Position numbers and translations under genes: made by a program | NCBI RefSeq assembly: GCF_009914755.1 | Contig: NC_060939.1 | Strand: one strand, 5' to 3' | Length of the DNA: 64,000 bases | Origin: the human T2T-CHM13v2.0 reference genome, Homo sapiens | Shown here: piece after piece, positions 41,530 to 55,950 of the stretch | Layout: every line of letters begins with the position of its first letter | Position numbering within the stretch: the first letter of the stretch is position 1 | The notes under the pieces: model-generated | The model's input: the letters and a program-made list of their open reading frames with translations, nothing else | The model's database searches: none | What the model was told of the DNA's origin: nothing

Positions 41530-41663
41530 GTAATGGCAGCTAAAGAAACTGTTTGTTTTCTTAAGTAAATCACACTATCCGTTCAGCATCCTCAAATCAA
41601 ATGCACAGGTATGTTTTAAGTTACTATTTAAAGAAATGAATGGTGAAGGCCGTTTCCGGAATA

Positions 41664-43205
<1,542 letters not shown>

Positions 43206-43363
43206 TCTTTTATTATCTCTTCATCCTAGTAAATATGACTCCCATATGGATCATGCCTCCAAGGGACAGATGGGAGAGGAACTCACAAGGCTGGAGATGT
43301 TGAGCTGGTGGCCACTTCAAACCCCCATCCCTCTCCTTTTAATACTGTTTGTATCTATTCCAG

Positions 43364-43467
43364 TTTTGCTGACCAGAGGGGTCATTATCCCAGCAAGTGT
43401 GTGGTGGAGAAGATCTTGGTCTTAGGCTTCAGGAAGGAGCCATCTTCTGTGACTACCCACTCATCTG
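43364..43467 (+). CDS. GANC: GANC coding exon (probable exon 23), FADQRGHYPSKCVVEKILVLG...THSS
   Basis: attccAG acceptor, GTGAGA donor; phases consistent. Confidence 0.92.
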
Positions 43468-44064
43468 GTGAGAAAGCAGTCCATTCTTACCTCACCATTT
43501 GTTTTTATAAACAGAAGTATCTGCAGTGAGATGATTAGTCCCCAAACGGAGATAATATGCTGAGCCTGAGTGTGTGCTTTCAGGTAGAGGTGAAATATAC
43601 TAGTCTGTAGAATAAATGAGGCCATCTTGCTTCTCTTCATGAATTGATCTTTCTGCTCACTTTTAATGTTTTTCTAAGGAAACTTATTTGGGGCTTGAAA
43701 TAATATCATAGCTTCTCTGAATATTTGTTTAAACTATAGCTGCCTGAAGACCTGGAAAATCCTACCCATGTGTTTGGAGTTTATGAAAGGGCAGGATGGG
43801 ACTTATATCCTTCCTTGCTTCCTGAAGTTCTTGGACAAATTTATTCATTCCTTACGGTTTCTTTTCAACCAATCTTGCGGTCAAAACAATGAAGTTTTCC
43901 ACGTTTCTAAAACTTCATGGAAGTTCATGGGTAAAAGTGCTATTAATTTGGAGTGGGGTATAAGGTTTTATGATACAGTGAGAAAACATTTCAGATTTGG
44001 AGAAAAGACTTTTCCCTTCTAGAGATTCATCAAAATTTCCCTCTTTTATTGTCTTGCTATTTAG

Positions 44065-44174
44065 ATGGTAAAGATCAGCCTGTGGCTTTTACGTATTGTG
44101 CCAAAACATCCATCCTGAGCCTGGAGAAGCTCTCACTCAACATTGCCACTGACTGGGAGGTCCGCATCATATGA
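44065..44174 (+). CDS. GANC: GANC last coding exon, DGKDQPVAF...ATDWEVRII-stop
   Basis: ctatttAG acceptor; TGA at 44172-44174 closes the spliced frame. Confidence 0.94.
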
Positions 44175-44926
44175 CAAAGAACTGCCCCTGGTGATGTGAG
44201 CAGGGACCTGCCTGCCCCTTTCAACCTTTCCCCTCACCTTTTTTGAGATTTTTGCTGCAATCTGTTTGCCTTCCCTGAATCAAAATAATCTTTCATTCGT
44301 CACCATTATACTAATGAACAATAGATTTCATGTTTCAAAATTTCAGATTTTACATGTTAAGATGTACTAACAATATTCCTTGTATCAAACATCTCCTTTT
44401 CTCCCTGATACATAGCCCTGAGACATTTATAGCGTTCAGGAGTCTTCTATTGCTTCCATTCCTTCAGCAGGGCTGCGTGGGTCTGTTTTAACGTGGGCCA
44501 AGCCTACCTGGGCAGCCCATTTGCCAGGGCTTGCCTCAGGCCATGCAGCATTGGCGCTCTGGCTGCAGCAGCTGAGTTGCTCAAGGCCAGTGTCCAAGTG
44601 GACAGCAGCCTCTGGTACTCCCCCCAGTTATCTTCCACCCACATGGACTGGGCAGAGCAGCCCTCTTCTGTGTGCACTGCATACGCTGCAGCCGTGGGAG
44701 TTATTCTCCCCTAGAGATCGACTTGGCAGCACGAAGGATTCTTTTCTCTTTCATGCTTCTCAGGCTCAATAGTTTCTAATTAATCTTAAAATCCATGTCT
44801 TTTACATTGTTTTTTTAATTAAGTGCTGTTTACTAACCAAATAATATTTATAACATGAGTAAGCTATAATTAATAACAATGAAATAAATACCCATGTACC
44901 CACCACTGGACTTCAGAAGTAGAACT

Positions 44927-45162
44927 CATGACTGGGACTAGGATGAGGCAAGGGAGACCCTGGCCTTGGGCACAAAATGTAAGGGATGCCAAAAAAATAC
45001 AGTAATCAAAGTAAGTAATATTTCAATCCAATATTTTTAAAAATCAGAATTAATGCAAAAAAAACCATGATGAACAAAATATTAAAATTTAAAATAAAGA
45101 CAGGATTAGTATTACTGAGTTTTCCTTTTGTCCCAGGCTCTAATATGGCTTGGCATGGGGCA
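44927..45162 (+). mobile_element. hAT DNA transposon remnant (MER96-like) in the GANC 3' UTR
   Basis: gggactaggatgaggcaag...gggcacaaaatgtaaggg resembles a recalled MER96B 5' end. Confidence 0.45.
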
Positions 45163-45677
45163 GAACATTACAACATACCAGTCGTGTCATGGTGCCCAAG
45201 GCTCCACAGACCTCAGTGGCTCCCTGCTGCCTGCCACAGCATCTGTTTTAGCAGCCTCGACTCCTCAGCACTCCTCAGCACACACCTCTTCTTATCAGGC
45301 TTCCTCCACTTAGCAACTTGCTAACGGCCACCTCTGTGCCTTCTGATCCCTGGGCGCCAATATCCTCCTGCCCTTACCATCCTTCCAGGCCCAACTTAAA
45401 TCCCACTTTCCCATGAAGCCTAACTGCGTGAACACCCCTACCCCCATACCCATTAGCAGTGATTTTGCCCTTCCCCGTAATGCTGTCCCACTTATAACTG
45501 TGCTCTACTTAGCATTCTCAGGGATCATACCTTAATGTTTTCAGTATGTCTGCGTTCTCCTACTAGATTGTATGTCCCTCAAGAGCATGTTCTGTTTCTC
45601 TTCTGTCTGACAGAGCACTATTATACCTGACTTTCAGTAACTGTTAGCTGTGATTAGTTAGCTGGTGGATTTAATTG

Positions 45678-45683
45678 ATTAAA
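45678..45683 (+). terminator. Candidate distal GANC polyadenylation signal (ATTAAA)
   Basis: ATTAAA with a T-rich element (tttccatctgatttgcttttct) about 20-40 nt downstream. Confidence 0.55.
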
Positions 45684-46374
45684 AAATTACGATTGAATGT
45701 ATTTCCATCTGATTTGCTTTTCTGGTACAAGATTCTTCCCAAAGGCAATCAACATTGTGCATTTCCTTGTGGACACATTTCATAGTATGAGTTGAGATTT
45801 GAGCTCTGCACCATATGTAAGCTCACAGAGACCTGCACAGATTCTTTGCTCCTATTTCTGTAAGTTTTGCAGTTGAGAAGAAAGGAGCAAGCTTATATTA
45901 GCTGAAGCCATGGTGCCTATCTTCAAATTTCCCTTGCCAACCTAAAATAAAACTTAGCCAGAAGACTGGGTGCTCCTCCCTAATATAAATGATAGTTTTT
46001 AATAGCATTTACAGTTGAATAAGAACTATCTTTAGGTCAACATTTATTGCACGTCTAGTCTTCCATTTAAAATATTATTGGAGGAATGGAGCAGTAACTA
46101 GTAGAGTAAGTTAATGAGGAACTGCTCTGTTTTGACCCAAATCTATATTGAAACATTTGGCTAGAGACAAGTGGAGACAGCCTGGGTGTTTTTAATGGTT
46201 TTCTGCTCTTATTGCTTCTCACACTTTACCTACCTCCCATTTCTGAATTTGTGTACCAGAGAGCAACATGGGGCTGAGTTGGCCTACAGGTATTGTTACT
46301 TTTTTGTGGCTAATTCTTAATATGGTTTCATAGGAAACTGGATTTTATATAAGAAATTTTATTCATTTCAACAG

Positions 46375-46488
46375 GGTTCCTAAAAAAGCTCTAAAATGAA
46401 TGCATAGTGTGTCTTTCCTTCAAGATGTAAATGTCAAGGAATGAGTTGGCAAATCAGTTTAAAAACACAAACTACCCAACAGAAAAAT
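46375..46488 (+). CDS. CAPN3: Candidate alternative upstream CAPN3 exon; ATG 46441 encodes MSWQISLKTQTTQQKN, ending phase 0
   Basis: attcatttcaacAG acceptor, AAT|GTAAGT donor, 16 codons ending in the same phase as CAPN3 exon 1; TATATAAG at 46346. Confidence 0.6.
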
Positions 46489-46559
46489 GTAAGTATAATC
46501 TTTCAGAGTGGCAATCTGGCAACAATATAAAAAATATTTTAATTTTAATAAAAATATGT

Positions 46560-46671
46560 GGGGGTCTCACTATGTTGCCCAGGCTAGTCTTGAACTCCCG
46601 GACTCAAACAATCCTCCTGCCTTGACCTCCCAAAGGGCTGGGGCTATAGGCATGAGCCACTGTGCCTGGCC
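46560..46671 (-). mobile_element. Alu monomer (FLAM-like)
   Basis: Left-arm-only antisense Alu. Confidence 0.85.
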
Positions 46672-47233
46672 TTACCTCCTCTGTTGGAACAGTTGGCAAC
46701 ATTGGAATGGGATCTTTTGATTACATGGTAATTTTTTTACTTTTGAGCATTGTATTAGGATCATATAGAAGAATTTTCTTGGTTTTAAGAAAAATACAAT
46801 TCTGGAGTTTGGTCTGTGTGCAGAATTCCTTCACTTTGTCACATCCTTTTCACTATCAAGGCATCAAAATGATAAGCAGCAGAAACACAGTCAAAGCACA
46901 TAAACACTGGGAGTTGAATAGTTTTTAGCTAATTAACCACTCTGCCTGAAAGCCTTAGTAATGAGATTCCTAGGATTTCCACCTACCAAACCCTCGAAGG
47001 GCTACTCTAGACTAAAATAACTTCTCAGGCCAGTGGGTAGAAAGCCATCAGCAGCTCCACTGGAAACAGGCTATCATATTAGCCACTGACAATGGAGGCC
47101 ATATAGCTAGCATTCTAGGAGAAATAGCAGAGACATTGGCATCTTATATCAGATCTGCTTGTCTCATGACAAGCCTTGCTAAAGGCTATAGTGCCACACG
47201 AAGACTTGCCAGAATTAGACAGCTGCTGCTGCT

Positions 47234-47509
<276 letters not shown>

Positions 47510-47705
47510 AACAGCTGCTTCTTGACAGTTGTTTCCACCCAGGCCGACGGTATTAGATTGCTGTCCAATCAGAGCCAGGGAAAGGGGAGCCTGACTATTT
47601 ACATGCAAGGATACAGAGATCTTATACCTAATTCACATCAATTAAATCTTAGTCAAGCATTTACTTCCAAGGAAATCAAGAGACCTGGAGTCTAGTTTGC
47701 TTCTA

Positions 47706-48074
<369 letters not shown>

Positions 48075-50445
48075 AGAGAGATAATCTCTAAAATTTTGTG
48101 AGTTTTCTGATACTTAACTGTCAAAATACAGCAGATATCTCAAGTTTCCTCAGTTGTAAAATGGACTTAGTGAAACTTGCAGAGTTTTTCTACAAATTTA
48201 AAATATCTTATGTGTACAGAAAGGGAAAAATAGTAACATTACCAGGGAGAAACCCAGTAAACATCACTTTAGGCAAGTGATCAAAGTTGACATCACCTGT
48301 AATAAAACCTATCAATATCATGTGCCCCCAAATATGGTTTGAGGAGGTAGCCATGTCACATCTGTGACAGTCTTCCCCTAAATCCATAACCTCAGTCTAA
48401 TCATGTGAAAAATATCAGAGAAACCCAAATTTAGGGTCATTCTACAAAAACCTGACAAGTACTCTTCAAAAGTGTCACGGTCATGAGAGACAAAGACTGT
48501 GGAATGATCAGAGACTGGAGGACACTATCTTTGCAACTCTTTTGTAAGTCTTTGCAAGTCTTTTGTAAGTCTAAAATTATTTTAAAATAAAAAGTTTTTT
48601 AAAGGTCTCTGTGAAGTGGCTAGCTCCCAGTAGGCACTTAATGAATGAGAGGTATTATAATGATAAGCAAAGACATTGCTTCCAATAGTGTTAGTAATCA
48701 AAGAAATGCTTCTTGGTGGAAAAGACAGAGCCATTAGTTGGCAATGCTGTGCAGCAGAAACCATTCCAGCCACAGATATTACATGACCGTGGGTGAAATA
48801 TGTTATAAAAACTAGTTCTTTATCCTTGAAGGGGCTTCTGGGAATTGAAATGTGCAGTTGTTTATGTGTTCATTATCTGCCCTTTGTTCATGGGCTCGAG
48901 TTGGACTTCTCCCTGATAGCATTGGTTTCCACAGCTGTGCCATTGAATAAACCTTGAGTTTGGACCTGTTCATCTGAGAGAATGTTTTATCCACAACAAC
49001 TGACAGAGCAAAATGAATGGCACCTTGCCCTTTCTGTGTTTGATATGCCCACCCTGCTCTGACAAGAGGCTCGCTGGTGTCACACACTTCTGTTAGTTAC
49101 TCACAGATGGTGCTGGCTGAGACAGCTGAGGAAAGAAAGCTCAGTGGGTATGCGGCCCAAGACAGCTCCTTCGCCTGGAGCAGATCAGCAGAGAAACTTT
49201 GATTGCACTGGCAAAGCCAGAAGTGTAAGAAATTTCTCTTTGCATAGGAAAATTTCATTCACCAGATATATAACACGCATTTATTAAGGGCCTTCTAAAC
49301 CTGAGAGGGAAATGGGAACCCACTTCCCAGCTCCACGGTCTTATGGGCAAACGGGAAGTTAAATAAGCAAAAACAATACAGTGTGGGTCAGTGCTCTGAA
49401 TTTCAGGGTGGGATAGAATGCTAGGCTGGGACCCAAACTTATGACAGTGGGGGAAAGAAACCCCACCTTTGCTGTCTATGCCACTGGTGACTTTGAGGGT
49501 GGAAGTCAGTCTTTTTGTTGCAGGCAGATAGGCCAGCTTCTGATTGGAGATGCTGCATACCACATGAGCCTGGGCAGATTATACCTATTCCTGTGCTGTC
49601 CACATAGCAGATATTCAGTTAATGCCCATTGAGTGGATGCTGATTTGCGTCAGCGAGTAAATGTAGCATTCGACCTGATCTAACTCCAAAGTAATATTAA
49701 ATTCAGGTCTTCTCTAACAACACCATTTATTGAGTGCTTAAGAAAATCCTGGCACTGTGTAAAATGTATTACATAAATTATTTAATTGTTACCAAAACCT
49801 AATAACAGAATGACTGTAATTGTACCTATTTTATAGGTGAGAAATCTGAGACAGAAAGGAAGAAATAACTCACCTAAAGTTACACAGGCACAGCCAATAA
49901 GGGGCCAACCTAGACTTTGAACCGAGGTGGTCAGTCACCAGAGACCACTGTCCTCTATTCTGCCTCTCCAAGACTAGTAAAAAGCCCTGGGCATTTTCTT
50001 GGAGGGACAGATGGCTAGGCTGATGGTTCCTGCAAGCCCAGACATAGAGTCCTTCAAAGCCGCAATCCCAGGGATCAGGAGGCTGATAGTACTCCCTATT
50101 TTACCTGTCACTTCCCACCTTCTTCCATAGCCTCTAATCTTGGATTATTGAGACTGGTCGCATGGGAACAGGCATGACTGCAGCCTAGGACATGCCTCCA
50201 CTCTGCCATACTTGAAATGTGCTCATCTCCTTACAGCCCAGGGAGCAGCTATTGTGGGTAGAAGACAAGGTGGAGGCCAGGCAGGCACTTCCCTTCCCCA
50301 GAGCCACTTATGCTCTCATCTAAGAGCCCTGAAACCAGGTGTGACATCCCAGGAGTTGACAGACAGTCTGGTTCAGTATCTAATTCCAACTTCTGTCTCA
50401 GATGCCTAATGTGGCATGGCTGAATGAGTCAACATATAACCTGTA

Positions 50446-50942
<497 letters not shown>

Positions 50943-51481
50943 AGGACCACTTTTTAGCAGATTCAGTCCCAGTGTTCATTTTGTGGATGGGGAGAGACAA
51001 GAGGTGGCAAGGTCAAGTGTGCAGGTAGAGACAGGGATTTTCTCAAATGAGGACTCTGCTGAGTAGCATTTTCCATGCAGACATTTCCAATGAGCGCTGA
51101 CCCAAGAACATTCTAAAAAAGATACCAAATCTAACATTGAATAATGTTCTGATATCCTAAAATTTTAGGACTAAAAATCATGTTCTCTAAAATTCACAGA
51201 ATATTTTTGTAGAATTCAGTACCTCCCGTTCACCCTAACTAGCTTTTTTGCAATATTGTTTTCCATTCATTTGATGGCCAGTAGTTGGGTGGTCTGTATA
51301 ACTGCCTACTCAATAACATGTCAGCAGTTCTCAGCTTCTTTCCAGTGTTCACCTTACTCAGATACTCCCTTTTCATTTTCTGGCAACACCAGCACTTCAT
51401 GGCAACAGAAATGTCCCTAGCCAGGTTCTCTCTCTACCATGCAGTCTCTCTTGCTCTCATACTCACAGTGTTTCTTCACAT

Positions 51482-51491
51482 CTATTTTTAG
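51482..51491 (+). promoter_or_regulatory. MEF2 site CTATTTTTAG in the CAPN3 muscle proximal promoter
   Basis: Exact YTA(W)4TAR match about 45 nt upstream of the pyrimidine-rich presumed TSS (~51535). Confidence 0.7.
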
Positions 51492-51534
51492 TTTTCCTGG
51501 CTCAAGCATCTTCAGGCCACTGAAACACAACCCT

Positions 51535-52284
<750 letters not shown>

Positions 52285-53218
52285 TAAGTGTGAAGCAGGG
52301 AGGAGAGGAACAGGTCTCAGATATTTCACCAAATCTCAGCAAAATCCAGAGGGAGAGCGCAGGAGGTGGGGCTGATTCTTATGCTCTGGCTCTTTCTCTC
52401 TGAAAAAAAAAAAAAAATCTTGCTTTTTATAAAAGTGGGTGGAACTCAGTTTAATTCATCCTGTAAAAATAAATATTCCTTTCTCAGAACAAATTCCAGA
52501 CAGCCCAGATGTACCTGTTCGTTTTAAATATTATTCATCTTTGTAAGATTATTTCAGTTTCTCTGGCTAAAATCATGATGTTATTCTTCTTTAATTTACC
52601 AATGGCCATATCTTTCTGAAACACAGAAACCCTAGAAAGAGAAGAGTCATAGGCAAGGAATATTTTTTCATGCATAAAATGTTGGGGTTAAAGAGAGAGA
52701 GACCTAGCAATCGCTTTTGTCCACCTACCTCACCTCATAAGTGAGGAGTCAAGGCACACTAGAGTGAAATATATCTAGTGGGCACATGACAGAGCCCGGA
52801 TTAAAACTTTCTGTTTTAGGAAACTCTCCCAGCCTCTGGGTTTCATTTACAGTGATCGCCAGGAGGGAAATCACATTCCCCTGGCTCACCTCTCTGATCA
52901 TCCCTCCAGTGTGACTCTTGTTCTTAATTCGAGAAATATTTATTGAGCATCTACTAGTGCCAGCACTGGGCAAGCAACTGGGGGGACAGCAGTGAGTAAG
53001 AAAGACCAAAATTCCAGCTGTCTTGGAACCTAGGGTCCTGAAGGGAAGATGGGCATTGAACAAGAGTGACATTGTCAGGAGACGATGTTCTGGGTGCCAC
53101 AGGATCATGTGGCAAGGAGAGCTAACCTGGTCCAGGGAGACAAACCCTCTCTGAGGAAATGATGACAAGCTGAGACCCAATACTATTGATTAGCCATGGT
53201 TTTCTTTAACCTAAGGTG

Positions 53219-53530
53219 GGCCAGGCATGGTGGCTCATGCCTATAAACCCAGCATTTTGGAAGGCCCAGGCTGGAGGATTGCTTGAGCCCAAGAGTTAGA
53301 GACCAGCCTGGGCAACAGGGTGAAAACCTATCTCTTTTGTACTAAAAATTCAAAAAATTATCCAGGCATGGTGGCACATGCCTGTGGTCCTAGCTACTCA
53401 GAGGCTGAGGTGGGAAGATCACTTGAACTCGGGGAGTTGAGGCAGCAGTGAGCCGAGATCATGCCACTGCACTCCAGGCTGGGTGACAGGAGTGAGACCC
53501 AGTCTCAAACAACAACAATAACAACAACAA
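53219..53530 (+). mobile_element. Alu (AluJ-type)
   Basis: Dimer with (AAC)n tail. Confidence 0.92.
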
Positions 53531-54066
53531 ACCTGAGGTGGAGTACTAGACAACCCTGTATATTCCATAGGGGCTCTTCTTGGTTCTATGGTAAGGCCCA
53601 TAACTGTCCTGAAGGCCTTCAGTTTAGAAGATAACACTACTCTGCTATCAGAGTAGTTGGACATGTCACAACCCCCTGCTGAAATATCTTCAGTGACATC
53701 CCTCTCTCGGCCCCCACTGCCTTCAGGACAAGTCCAAACTCCTTAGCCAAGCCATAGGCCCTTCTCAGCTGGTCCCTGCCTACCTGTCCAGGCCCATGTC
53801 CATCCTCTTTCCCCAGATCCTGACACACCAGCAGTGCTTGGACATTTAGCTGCTCTGTAGTTCCAAGTCTTCTCACACCGGAGGCCTTTGCTCATGCTGT
53901 CTGTCTGCCTGACATGCCTTTTTTGTTCCTATCTGAACCTCTGCTCAGGTGTCACTTCCTTCAATCTTTCTCATGACTGATTTCCTCTCACTGAGAGCAG
54001 AAATCCTTCCTGTTCATCTTTGAGGCCCCCTCACCAAGCTCAGGCCAGTCCCATAGTGGGTACTCA

Positions 54067-54307
<241 letters not shown>

Positions 54308-55729
54308 AGCTCTTTCTCAGAATGGGGAAAATTAAAACCTACAAATACTGTTTTCAGTGAAATCATTGGTGGACTTGAGTCTTCAAGCGAGACTTACAAA
54401 TTAATAAAAATTCTTTAAGGGCCTGTTATGCTCTAGGTACTAGATTGGGCAGTGTCCATGTTTGAAATGAGGGGTGCAGAAGACTTGTCTGTTCTAAATT
54501 GTGCCCCCACCACCACCATCACCAACAACAAAGATCCTGGATTTTCCACTGTTTGAGTCACTAAAGGACCAGATAACAAAGGCCACTCTTGGATAAAATG
54601 CCCACATGTTCCCCTGGGGTTAAGATCACAGGAACACTGCCCATTGGGTTCACTAGCATAAATGAGAAATATAAAATTAGAGATGGTCAGAGTTGGAATG
54701 ATTCTTGGAGAGGTGCTCCAGTGTCCTTGCTTTATAGGTGATTAAGGCCCAGAAAGGGCAAATGACTTATCTACAGCCACACAAGTTGACTTGGAACTGA
54801 AAAACTGAAATGACTCCAGAACTTTCTGACTGTAAAGCACTTCTTGGAGACATCAGTTCTCCATAAACTTCTTCAGATGTAGTGACCTTTGCCAGCCCTA
54901 TGCAGTCTGAAAAGACTGTGTCCTATCAGGAGAAGCACCACACAGGTGAGTAAAGGCCTTCCTGCTTTTACTGTCTAAGGCACAGAACCTTTGGAAACCA
55001 ATCTGAATTTTTTTTCGACCATCAAGTATTATTTATTATAATTACAGTGATAATGATAATAATGATAAAGGGAGAATTATTCCTGGCCAACTATAATTCT
55101 AGTTAAAATAGCATGCTGCACTTTCAGCCTTTCCCTCTTAAAAGAAAACAGGCTCTGGCCGACTGTTCCCAGCTCACCTGTAATCTCTTCTCTTACTCAC
55201 CAGTGCTACCTCACAGACTTTCTTCCTCTACTCGGGAACATCATGCATTGAGTTTCCAGGGCAAACAATCTGGTTCCTCTAGACTTTCCTTATATGATCT
55301 ATTTCTAGGATCAGAAAGCAAACAAATTATTCAACACTTCTCAACTGTTAAGGCAAGTTTTCTTGATGACAGATCCCAGGGCAGAATAGAATGGGTTCTA
55401 GAACAGGGCTTCTGGGATGCTGGTGCCCAATATACTAGGGATAGGTTGGGGATGGGAGGGCAGGTCGTGTTTCATTCCATGGGGTGGAAGGTTCAATTGC
55501 ACCACACTCCTGGCCTGTCTCCTTCCCATGGTGGGTTTGTAAAGAGAACTTGACCTGTAAAGCCCAGTTCTTGGCTTCTGTCTTTCTCTGGGAAGCAAGC
55601 TGCCTGCAAGAAGCATGGCTTCTGCTCTCTGCCCTCCTTGCAGTAAGTTTTCTGGAGGCAAGTCCCCATGGGGAGTCATGCAGGAGTCCCTGGGCCACCT
55701 GGTAATGTGTGGTTAACAGTAAAGATAAT

Positions 55730-55950
55730 CGCTAATCTTGAGTGAGAACTCACCACATGCCAGTAACTAAATGCTTTCCATATGTTAATTCATTTAATCT
55801 TCACAACAATCCTGTGAGGAAGTACCATTATTGTCCCACTTTACAAAGGAGGGAACTGAGTCTCAGAGGGATTAAATAACTCGCGCCAGATCTCCCAGTT
55901 AGTGAGGGTTGGAGCTGGGATTTAAACCCACACAATCTGGCTCTAGAGCC
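55730..55950 (-). mobile_element. MIR SINE (others near 15110-15290, 19990-20230, 25600-25830, 56185-56440, 62940-63150)
   Basis: MIR core text (atttaatcttcacaacaatcctgtgagg, gaactgagtctcagag). Confidence 0.7.

Larger units (their letters stand above)
44175..45701 (+). other. GANC: GANC 3' UTR (end approximate)
   Basis: Follows the stop; AATAAA at 44883 and 45093; ATTAAA at 45678 followed by U-rich downstream sequence. Confidence 0.65.

Noticed and set aside
55101-55112. GTTAAAATAGC as a MEF2 site
   Set aside because: One base short of the 10-bp consensus
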